Positions 8,834-16,069 of a DNA stretch of 64,000 nucleotides are shown one piece after another. Numbering within the stretch: the first letter of the stretch is position 1; each line of letters opens with the position of its first letter. The position numbers and the translations under genes were made by a program. A model generated the notes under the pieces. The model did not search any database. It saw nothing but the letters and a program-made list of their open reading frames with translations, and was not told the origin of the DNA. The DNA lies in IMG/VR virus record IMGVR_UViG_3300046660_000488, positions 124,001 to 188,000 of that record. One strand, given 5' to 3'.

Positions 8834-8854
8834 GGACCTGCTAAATACAGGTTC
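8834..8854 (+). promoter_or_regulatory. TAAATA late promoter in the loop of a hairpin between tRNA-Asp and tRNA-Gly
   Basis: GGACCTG-c-TAAATA-CAGGTTC. Confidence 0.55.
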
Positions 8855-8857
8855 AAT

Positions 8858-8932
8858 GCGGGTATAGCACAGTGGTAGTGCGTCAGCTTGCCAAGCTGAA
8901 GGTCGTCGGTTCGAACCCGACTACCCGCTCCA
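8858..8932 (+). tRNA. tRNA-Gly(GCC)
   Basis: Acceptor GCGGGTA/TACCCGC, loop TTGCCAA, U73, encoded CCA. Confidence 0.95.
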
Positions 8933-8950
8933 GTTTTCGCACTTCAGTGC

Positions 8951-9024
8951 GCGGGTATAGCATAGTGGTAATGCAGCAGCCTTCCAAGCTGAGTAGCGGG
9001 GTTCGATTCCCCGTACCCGCTCCA
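8951..9024 (+). tRNA. tRNA-Gly(TCC)
   Basis: Acceptor GCGGGTA/TACCCGC, loop CTTCCAA, U73, encoded CCA. Confidence 0.95.
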
Positions 9025-9025
9025 A

Positions 9026-9439
9026 TCACCGGAGAGGCAACCCACGGGCCTTCCGCCCATTGCCTTTGTTTCTGGCGCCAAACGTCGGCAACTGGCTCGC
9101 GCAGTTCGGGCACACCAATCTGAAATTGACCGGCATGTTGTTGGCGACATTTCCGTCGATGTGGTCGAGGATCAACGAGAGCGGCTTCCCGCGCCATTCA
9201 CTGGTGTTGCATTCCCGGCATAGATAGCCGTCGCGCTCGATGACATATGTTTTGATGGTAGATCGTTCAACCAATTGCCCTTCGGCAAACATTCGACGGC
9301 TAAGGTTGCGTTTCGCCAATCCAGAACAAGCATTCGAACAGAATTTTCCAGTCGAACTTCCGGGATAATATTCAAACTCTTGTTCGCATTCAACGCACTG
9401 TGCTTTAAGCCAGTGCGTTTTTCTTGTTGGGTTGGCCAT
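9026..9439 (-). CDS. HNH endonuclease family protein
   Basis: CxxC pairs, LDHIDG..NN...N, CPNC. AT-richer than its neighbours. Confidence 0.85.
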   Translation of the reverse strand: MANPTRKTHWLKAQCVECEQEFEYYPGSSTGKFCSNACSGLAKRNLSRRMFAEGQLVERSTIKTYVIERDGYLCRECNTSEWRGKPLSLILDHIDGNVANNMPVNFRLVCPNCASQLPTFGARNKGNGRKARGLPLR

Positions 9440-9493
9440 GCTTGCTATAGAAAGAGCTATAGTACATGGTACTAACTTGCGAAAATCCCGTCA

Positions 9494-9766
9494 CTATCCG
9501 TGATAGTTGATGACGGTGTTGCTGAGTTCGATCACGTCGAGCCGGATCGCCACAATGGCTTCTAAGGCCTCTCCGTTCATGACCCCATCCGAGGACGCCT
9601 GTGCTTCGGACAGGTCCATCGTGATCATGGTGACAGCGACGGCCAACCGCTCTTGGAGTTTCGCAGCCTTGCGGTCGGCGTCCGATCCGGGCAGGCCGGT
9701 GCGGATGAGCCCCAGCAGCGCCCGGAGGTTTTCGATAACTTCGGTGAGGTTTACTTTGTCGGCCAT
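9494..9766 (-). CDS. Hypothetical helical protein, paralog of 9770-10027
   Basis: N-terminal NLTEVIENLR; ends HG. Confidence 0.6.
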   Translation of the reverse strand: MADKVNLTEVIENLRALLGLIRTGLPGSDADRKAAKLQERLAVAVTMITMDLSEAQASSDGVMNGEALEAIVAIRLDVIELSNTVINYHG

Positions 9767-9769
9767 GGA

Positions 9770-10027
9770 TCATCCATGTCTCGCTTGGATTTCCCTGCCG
9801 AGCGCGGCAAGATCGCCCATCAATCCGTGCATGATCAGCAGGATGTCCGTATTGACCTGCTGGATCGTTTCAAGCCCTTCTGATTGATCAAGTTGGTACA
9901 TGCTTTCCACCACGTTCAACCGCGTCTCTATGGCGTCGGCTCGTGCGTGGAACTCTGGATCGTATTGCGGTTCGTTCGCTTTGGCGATCACGGTTCGCAG
10001 GGTTTTTATGGTCTCGGTGATGTTCAT
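9770..10027 (-). CDS. Hypothetical helical protein
   Basis: N-terminal NITETIKTLR; ends HG. Confidence 0.6.
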   Translation of the reverse strand: MNITETIKTLRTVIAKANEPQYDPEFHARADAIETRLNVVESMYQLDQSEGLETIQQVNTDILLIMHGLMGDLAALGREIQARHG

Positions 10028-10048
10028 GGCTCATCATACCGCACGATT

Positions 10049-10082
10049 TTTGGTTGACCAAATTTTAATGCGTCGGTAACCA
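10049..10082 (+). promoter_or_regulatory. Early promoter giving a leaderless transcript
   Basis: TTTGG-TTGACC-N17-TAACCA-N6-ATG(10089). Confidence 0.55.
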
Positions 10083-10088
10083 TGAGCT

Positions 10089-10376
10089 ATGTTCTTCCGC
10101 AAACGCAAACCGTGGGCGCCTCCGTCGCCTCTTCTCCACACCTACCGCGTCCTGCGGAACAGCCGGGTGTTCTTTGTCGAGCGCGATGAGTCGGCCGACA
10201 ACGAGGACGTGAAATGGGTCCGCCTGACGCGGTACGTCAATTACTACAACGAGTGCCGGGCGGTCGATTATTTCGACAACCTTGATCAGGTGCACTCGAT
10301 CATCGACCAGAATAACGACCACGCGCTGTTCCAGCAGCCGCCCACCGTCGTCACGACTTTCGAGAAGACCAAATGA
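10089..10376 (+). CDS. Hypothetical protein, paralog of the next gene
   Basis: RKRKP..PLLHTYRV..IDQNN.AL. Confidence 0.6.
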   Translation: MFFRKRKPWAPPSPLLHTYRVLRNSRVFFVERDESADNEDVKWVRLTRYVNYYNECRAVDYFDNLDQVHSIIDQNNDHALFQQPPTVVTTFEKTK

Positions 10377-10711
10377 AGCTGAACCTCAACTGGCTCCGCC
10401 GCAAGAAGAAGCAGCCGGACGTCACCCCGATGCTTCACGAGTACCGGATCATCGAAGTCGCCCACAAGACCTACAACGTCGCCCGACTGGAAGAGGACGG
10501 CACGTGGACCGGCGTTCCTTGGCAGTGGACCACCGTATACGGCGAGAAAAAGTCGGAGGCGAATTTCCCCGGCATCGGTTACGCCAAGCTCGCCATCGAC
10601 GAGGACAATCTAGCACTCATCAAAGAGCGGCAGATCGCTGAATACGAATCACAACTTCCGCGACTGGTCAAAACGGTCCCGAGAACTCCAAGGGTTGACG
10701 ACTGGCGCTGA
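10373..10711 (+). CDS. Hypothetical protein
   Basis: RRKKKQP..PMLHEYRI..IDEDNLAL. Confidence 0.6.
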   Translation: MKLNLNWLRRKKKQPDVTPMLHEYRIIEVAHKTYNVARLEEDGTWTGVPWQWTTVYGEKKSEANFPGIGYAKLAIDEDNLALIKERQIAEYESQLPRLVKTVPRTPRVDDWR

Positions 10712-10752
10712 ACTGTGCTATGGGCCGTATCTGGTCCAATGGTGGAGGCGAC

Positions 10753-11040
10753 ATGGCGGAGATCATCGACTTTGAAATCGCCAAGCGCCTGCATTATCTG
10801 CGGCACAAGTGTGGCATCTGGGTTCAAGTCACTACCGAAAAGCGCGGGCCGCGCAAAGGCGAGACCGCGTTCACCTGCATCGTTGGCGCGACCCACGAGG
10901 AAGCTTATGCTCGCTGGAAGCTGAACGGGGACGGCCCGCGCTGGGAGACCTACGACGGTGCCTTGAACCACGTGCTCTGGCATCGCCGGGACACGGCCCG
11001 CTCCATCGAGCACTACGAGCAGAAAGTGAGGATCGCCTGA
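10753..11040 (+). CDS. Hypothetical protein
   Basis: GGAGG SD before ATG 10753. Confidence 0.6.
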   Translation: MAEIIDFEIAKRLHYLRHKCGIWVQVTTEKRGPRKGETAFTCIVGATHEEAYARWKLNGDGPRWETYDGALNHVLWHRRDTARSIEHYEQKVRIA

Positions 11041-11285
11041 TGGTCGGTGGGAAAATCATCGAAGTCCGTCGCGACGACATCGGCCTGCGTCTGTGGTGCA
11101 TGGACGTCTTCGACGAATGCGCGATCTACGTCCAGCCGAACGCTGACGACGAGGACAACCCCAAGGCGGGTGACTCTCTATGGTGGCAGATGGACAAAGC
11201 TTACTGGACGCCCGCCTCCGGCTGGGTAAAAGATCACCCGATGCAGCGCATCGGCAACAGCTTTGAGGTCCGCCCGCCCCAATGA
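11040..11285 (+). CDS. Hypothetical protein
   Basis: TGATG coupling. Confidence 0.6.
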   Translation: MVGGKIIEVRRDDIGLRLWCMDVFDECAIYVQPNADDEDNPKAGDSLWWQMDKAYWTPASGWVKDHPMQRIGNSFEVRPPQ

Positions 11286-11752
11286 GCAAGATCAAGAAAA
11301 CCTTCAGCATCTACTCGCAGGCGTTCTACGCCAAGCCCGAGATCGAATATCTCGAAGGGCGCGAGGAAATCGTGGGCGGCGTTCACTGGAAGCTTCCGGG
11401 GCGGACCCTGTACCGTCGCGACTACGGCGACGTGAAGGGTCTGTTCCACGACGAGATCACCATCCACTACGACGATCACGGCGCGGGCCTCCATCTGGAG
11501 ATCGACGTGGTGTGGTTCGTCGATAAGGGCGAGAACGTGCCCACCCTTCTCAACCGGGAAGTCGTCCTCCAGCTTCCGGACAGCGACGCCAAGAGCCTTC
11601 TGCGTTCCCTGAACGTGATGGACAATTATTCGCCGCGCCAGCTTGCGGCCGAGTTGGTCACACTCGGTTTCTCGGACAAGACCCTCCGCAGGCTGGAAGA
11701 TCGTTACGAGGTCGAGGACGAGGACGAGGACGAAGATGCTGGTGAAAACTAA
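11282..11752 (+). CDS. Hypothetical protein with acidic C-terminus
   Basis: Coupled ORF ending EDEDEDEDAGEN. Confidence 0.6.
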   Translation: MSKIKKTFSIYSQAFYAKPEIEYLEGREEIVGGVHWKLPGRTLYRRDYGDVKGLFHDEITIHYDDHGAGLHLEIDVVWFVDKGENVPTLLNREVVLQLPDSDAKSLLRSLNVMDNYSPRQLAAELVTLGFSDKTLRRLEDRYEVEDEDEDEDAGEN

Positions 11753-12002
11753 GCGCCGCTACGTCGCCGCCAGCTACCCATGGTGGCTGTCCTCGTTCGT
11801 CCATTCGCTGCTGGTCGGCGGCCCCATCGGCTACGGGTTCCTCACTTTCCTGTGGTGGCTGGCGGGCTATGAGATCAACGTCCCGCTGGCCATCGTCATG
11901 CTCACGTCCGCGTTCCTTGGCGTCGTGATGACGGTCGCTCGCGCGCTCTACCGCAGGCGCCTGCAAGCGCTGCATCCCAACGATTTTCTAAGGTTCGTCT
12001 GA
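11736..12002 (+). CDS. Small membrane protein
   Basis: Two hydrophobic helices. Confidence 0.55.
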   Translation: MLVKTKRRYVAASYPWWLSSFVHSLLVGGPIGYGFLTFLWWLAGYEINVPLAIVMLTSAFLGVVMTVARALYRRRLQALHPNDFLRFV

Positions 12003-12361
12003 TGGGCTACAAGATCAAGTATTTCGGCTGGAACAACGAGGCCGGGCACGACAAGGTGTGGGGCTACGTCCTGTTCGACGGCGTGAAACTCTACAATTTC
12101 TGGGGGCCGCGCGGCAAGAAACTGGCGTTCCAAGAACACGAGTACGATGCGTCCCGGCCGTTCAGCGGCATGGCGCGGCAGTTGGAGACTCGTGCGGCGG
12201 CCAAGACCCGCAAGGGCTATCGCCAGATCGACTCCAAGGACATCGAGACGGAAATCCCCGGCTTCAAACTGGAATTCGAGAAGCAACTGACCATCGCCAA
12301 GATGTTCGAGCGCTTCCGATACCAAGAAGGCGACAACGGCGACGACTTCTGGAACAGTTAA
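12002..12361 (+). CDS. WGR-domain-like protein
   Basis: DKVWGY..NFWGPRG....K..KGY pattern. Confidence 0.6.
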   Translation: MGYKIKYFGWNNEAGHDKVWGYVLFDGVKLYNFWGPRGKKLAFQEHEYDASRPFSGMARQLETRAAAKTRKGYRQIDSKDIETEIPGFKLEFEKQLTIAKMFERFRYQEGDNGDDFWNS

Positions 12362-12400
12362 TTTGAAGCATTGCGGATGTTTAGCCAGCACGACGCTGGC

Positions 12401-12406
12401 TAAATA
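12401..12406 (+). promoter_or_regulatory. T4-type late promoter TAAATA, 5 nt before ATG
   Basis: TAAATAttgcaATG. Confidence 0.75.
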
Positions 12407-12411
12407 TTGCA

Positions 12412-13710
12412 ATGCGCGCAGAACAACTCTTCGAAGACATTTTCCTGACCGACCGGATGTCGGCGTTCGAGGCTATCCGCCAGCATCCGAACCTGTTCGT
12501 GCACTTTTCGTCGGGCATCACCCGCGATGGTCAGCGCTCCCCTAGCGCTCCGAAATTCGGCATCAATCCGAGCAAGACCCATGGCGACCCGCCGGGCATC
12601 TATTTCTACTACAATCGCTGGCTCCTGAAATCGGACGACGTGTCTGACGGCCAGTACGGCGTCCACGGCTCCGAATATTTCTGGGTGTGCAACATCACCA
12701 AGACGTCCAACTCGCTCAACATCGGAGCGATGAAGAAAGAGGACGCCATTCGCCTTGCCAAGCGCAACGGCTGGGAAGACGAATACTACGACTGCATCCG
12801 CAAGGGCAACGTTCTCACGTCATCGCAGACCGCGAAGGCTGCGAAGACCGTTGGAGGCCAGTTCTGGGGCATTATGGACTATCTGGTCAACGAGGCGAAG
12901 ACGCACTCGTGGCTGAAGCTCTTGCGCGGCGTTGACGCGATTTTCGATTCCGGCCTCGGCATCATCAACTACCAAGAACCGGCTCAAGTCATCGTCCTGA
13001 ACAAGGCGCTGATCAAGATCGTCACCTTCGGTACGAACCGCGACAAGCAGGGCAACGTCGTCGCTCGCACCGTCAAAGCGTTCTCGGACAAGATCGGCGG
13101 AAGGTTCAGCTTCAAGTACAAGAGAGCGATCATCGACTTCGAGATCGATGGCGCCCCGGTGCAATGGAGCTTTGACGATTACGGCCGCAAGTCCACGTCG
13201 CAGTTCAAGGAGGGTTTCTGGGTCACTGACACTGAACCTCGCAGCATGGCGTCACAAGACGCCAATTGGTTCGGCGAAGGCCTGATGAAGTCGTACGAGG
13301 CCCTGAAAAGATACGGCAAGCTTGAGAAGACTGGGACGGTCTCCGAGTGGAGTCCACAGTCGGCCGTCGAATTCTCTAAGCAGTTGTTCACCAAGGCGCT
13401 TCTCTACAACCGCACCAACGTCAAAGACGGCGTTCTGATCATCACCGGCGACAACACCGGCGTGCTGTCTTCGTACAACCGGATCGAAGTAAATCACGAC
13501 GGTTCCGTGATGTTCCTGATCGATTTTTACAAGCGTGGTGGCGTTGAGGTTTGCAAGGCAGAAGCCACGTTCCCGGCCAAGACTCCGCGCAGCCATATCG
13601 TCGCCGAGCTTCGCAAGCAGTTGATTTCCTCGGCGAACCAAGCGGTCGAAAAGAAAGAAGTGGTCAGCCTCGAAAAGCTGGCCGCCGTCACAGGGCTCAT
13701 TTTGTCCTGA
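12412..13710 (+). CDS. Late protein, putative internal head protein with an N-terminal ART-like domain
   Basis: MRAEQLFE leader; FVHFS..KFGINP..DPPGIYFY. Confidence 0.5.
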   Translation: MRAEQLFEDIFLTDRMSAFEAIRQHPNLFVHFSSGITRDGQRSPSAPKFGINPSKTHGDPPGIYFYYNRWLLKSDDVSDGQYGVHGSEYFWVCNITKTSNSLNIGAMKKEDAIRLAKRNGWEDEYYDCIRKGNVLTSSQTAKAAKTVGGQFWGIMDYLVNEAKTHSWLKLLRGVDAIFDSGLGIINYQEPAQVIVLNKALIKIVTFGTNRDKQGNVVARTVKAFSDKIGGRFSFKYKRAIIDFEIDGAPVQWSFDDYGRKSTSQFKEGFWVTDTEPRSMASQDANWFGEGLMKSYEALKRYGKLEKTGTVSEWSPQSAVEFSKQLFTKALLYNRTNVKDGVLIITGDNTGVLSSYNRIEVNHDGSVMFLIDFYKRGGVEVCKAEATFPAKTPRSHIVAELRKQLISSANQAVEKKEVVSLEKLAAVTGLILS

Positions 13711-13712
13711 AC

Positions 13713-13769
13713 TAAATATGGCTTTAAGCCATGAGCAATGGCTATAGTTAACTCATACTTTAGAGCCAT
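13713..13769 (+). promoter_or_regulatory. Late promoter followed by a leader with alternative hairpins
   Basis: TAAATA at 13713-13718; ATGGCT at 13718 and 13738; AGCCAT at 13727 and 13764. Confidence 0.6.
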
Positions 13770-13773
13770 TTTC

Positions 13774-14298
13774 ATGCGAGCCATTGAGATTTTCGAGCGT
13801 AGTAGCGCCACCAAAGGCGACTTCAAGACGCTGTATTGCAGCCGCAAGCTGCTGAACGGCAAAGAGATCGTCGAGTGGGCGAAGAGCCAAGGGCTCCCCA
13901 AGTGCTTGGACCCGGATAACATGCACGTCACCGTTGCTTACTCCAAGGAGAAAATCGACTGGTCTGAAATGACCGACAGTTTCGACAACGTCCGCAGCGA
14001 CGGCGGCAAACGCGAAATGGCGCTGTTCGGCCAGAACAAGGACGCGGTGGTCCTGAAATTCGAGTGCCCCGATCTGGACAGCCGCTGGCAGGAATTCAAG
14101 GACGATTTCGGCGCCTCGTGGGATTTCGACGGCTACAATCCCCACGTGACGATCTCCTATGACGGCCTGCCCAAGGGCATCGACATTGACGACATCGAGC
14201 CGTTCGAAGGCGTGCTGGAATTCGGTCCCGAGAAAATGGACATCGTCGATCTGAAGTGGCGCGGCAAGGTCAAGGAAACCAAGCTCGACACCGAATAA
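13774..14298 (+). CDS. acb1: 2H phosphodiesterase, T4 gp57B/Acb1-like anti-CBASS nuclease homolog
   Basis: Two HxT motifs (MHVTVAYS, PHVTISY). GASWDFDGYNPHVTISY resembles the recalled T4 57B segment GATHDFDDYTPHITLSY. Confidence 0.75.
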   Translation: MRAIEIFERSSATKGDFKTLYCSRKLLNGKEIVEWAKSQGLPKCLDPDNMHVTVAYSKEKIDWSEMTDSFDNVRSDGGKREMALFGQNKDAVVLKFECPDLDSRWQEFKDDFGASWDFDGYNPHVTISYDGLPKGIDIDDIEPFEGVLEFGPEKMDIVDLKWRGKVKETKLDTE

Positions 14299-14357
14299 TT
14301 TGGTTGACGAAAATTAGCGGCGCTGGCATGTAGGACGCTCAGTAGGAGTGTCCTATG
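14299..14357 (+). promoter_or_regulatory. Early promoter overlapped by an RBS-sequestering hairpin
   Basis: TTTGG-TTGACG at 14299-14309; stem TAGGACGCTC/GAGTGTCCTA (14331-14355) covers the SD and the A of the ATG. Confidence 0.55.
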
Positions 14358-14564
14358 TCCGGCGACGCCGAATCCGCAGAGATCAGCAACAGCAGCGTTC
14401 TGCGGGACGGCTTCTTCACCACGGTTCCTACGGAGCCGGTGATCAAGCGCGGCGGTCGCGGTTATGAACCCATGACTGAAGTCGAGAAGGTCGTAGGTGA
14501 TCTGATCGGCACGATTCTCGGCCTCGGCATCGTCGTGGCGTTCTGGTGGTTCTTTGTGCGATGA
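14355..14564 (+). CDS. Small membrane protein
   Basis: GGAG SD; C-terminal hydrophobic helix. Confidence 0.5.
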   Translation: MSGDAESAEISNSSVLRDGFFTTVPTEPVIKRGGRGYEPMTEVEKVVGDLIGTILGLGIVVAFWWFFVR

Positions 14565-15400
14565 CCAAGCCTGTCTGGATTCTCGAAACCAACGTGTTCG
14601 CCGAAGTCTGCTTTGACCGGATGGTCGAGCATCTGACGTCCAAGGACATCGAGCACCATTTCGTGCGGGTGATCCCGATGTCGAGTGCTGGCGGCGCGCC
14701 GCGCATCGACGGCAAGGTTCCGATCCTCGCCCCCAGCACGCCGGTTGTCGTCTACGGCTCCATCGGCACGCAGGTTCTGGCCCGCCAGCAAGGCTGGACG
14801 CCGGGCGTGTGGACCGACAACGAGAATTTCAACTACGAGACCTACCGGGACAAGCTGGGCGACCTGCTGCTGAACCACGACATGGTTCGCATGCCGCTGA
14901 GCGAGGTGAAAGCCTATCTCGACGCCTCGGGTATGGACACCGTGTTCATGAAGCCCAATCTCGACACCAAGGAATTCGCCGGGCAGGTCATCACCGTGGC
15001 CGCGTTCGACGAATGGTTGGCCGGGATGATCGACACCGGCTACCTGAACAAGGACAGCGATTTCGACGTGGTCGTCTCGCGCCCCAAGGAATTGGGCGTG
15101 GAGTGGCGCGCGGTCGTGGTCAACGGCAAGGTCTCGTCGTGCAGCATCTATCGCCAGTGGCAGAGCGTGCGGCCCGAGCGCCACATCCTGCCGGAGGTCG
15201 AAGACCTGATCATGCAGGCCCACGCCAAGTTCGCTCCGGCCGACGTCTACGTGATCGATATCGCACAGGAATACTCGGTCGTGAACGGCGTTCGCGATTA
15301 TGTGTTCAAGGTGATCGAATATAACACCTTCAACTCAGCCGGTCTGTACGACTGCGACGTCGCGGCCATCATCGACGACATCAACGCTTTCGTGAGTTAG
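14561..15400 (+). CDS. ATP-grasp domain protein (R2K/DUF4343-like)
   Basis: FMKP...KEF.G, EWR.VVVNG, YVIDIA, KVIEYN.FNSAG.Y. Confidence 0.75.
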   Translation: MTKPVWILETNVFAEVCFDRMVEHLTSKDIEHHFVRVIPMSSAGGAPRIDGKVPILAPSTPVVVYGSIGTQVLARQQGWTPGVWTDNENFNYETYRDKLGDLLLNHDMVRMPLSEVKAYLDASGMDTVFMKPNLDTKEFAGQVITVAAFDEWLAGMIDTGYLNKDSDFDVVVSRPKELGVEWRAVVVNGKVSSCSIYRQWQSVRPERHILPEVEDLIMQAHAKFAPADVYVIDIAQEYSVVNGVRDYVFKVIEYNTFNSAGLYDCDVAAIIDDINAFVS

Positions 15401-15402
15401 AC

Positions 15403-15813
15403 ATGGCTAAGGACGCAAGAGCTTGGGTTCCGAAGACGATTCCGGCGACTGGCCGGAACCTTCTCATCCGCCTGACCAAGCTGTTCGTCCCCAAGTCTCG
15501 CTTGGTCTGGGTCCGCGACGCATGGGACAACAAGTGGCTGTGCGTCGCCTTCCCGTCAGCCTATGACGAATTCGGCCTGCCGCTGTTCAGCGCGTACCGT
15601 TACTGGCCGTTCTACCTCCGCATGACCCTGAATTCTGACGGAAGCGTCAGCACAGGGCGCGATGACAATTACATCTATCACTGGATCGAAGCGGCGCCCG
15701 CCGCGCAGACGGTGATGATGCTGAAGAATTACGACACCTACGCCAGTTTCGTGCGCGATGAGTCGCAAGACCCGCCGGTCTATATCGGCGGCGGTGGCGT
15801 CACCACGATTTAA
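15403..15813 (+). CDS. Hypothetical protein
   Basis: 136-aa ORF in the operon. Confidence 0.55.
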   Translation: MAKDARAWVPKTIPATGRNLLIRLTKLFVPKSRLVWVRDAWDNKWLCVAFPSAYDEFGLPLFSAYRYWPFYLRMTLNSDGSVSTGRDDNYIYHWIEAAPAAQTVMMLKNYDTYASFVRDESQDPPVYIGGGGVTTI

Positions 15814-16069
15814 GGCAGAGCTACCGGCAAATTTTCGTTTACCACATTCGATACGAGGTCACATTTTCTTCACCCAACACTGGTTGGCGGTGAATTCTAC
15901 CTCATTCTCGGGCATATTCTTGCCCATGCTACGTTTTTTGGCAGGTCTGGTAGAATTTGTCGCACTAAAAACTGGTCCGAGAGGGTGATTTTATATTGCC
16001 AAGGGTAACGTGGTTACCGCATTATGAAGATGTAGCATCGTGTTCATTTGATGCGCGGAGGCATATTCG

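Noticed and set aside
15909-15925. Sigma54 promoter for prkA (GG-N10-GC)
   Set aside because: Poor match to TGGCAC-N5-TTGC; better explained as a palindrome.
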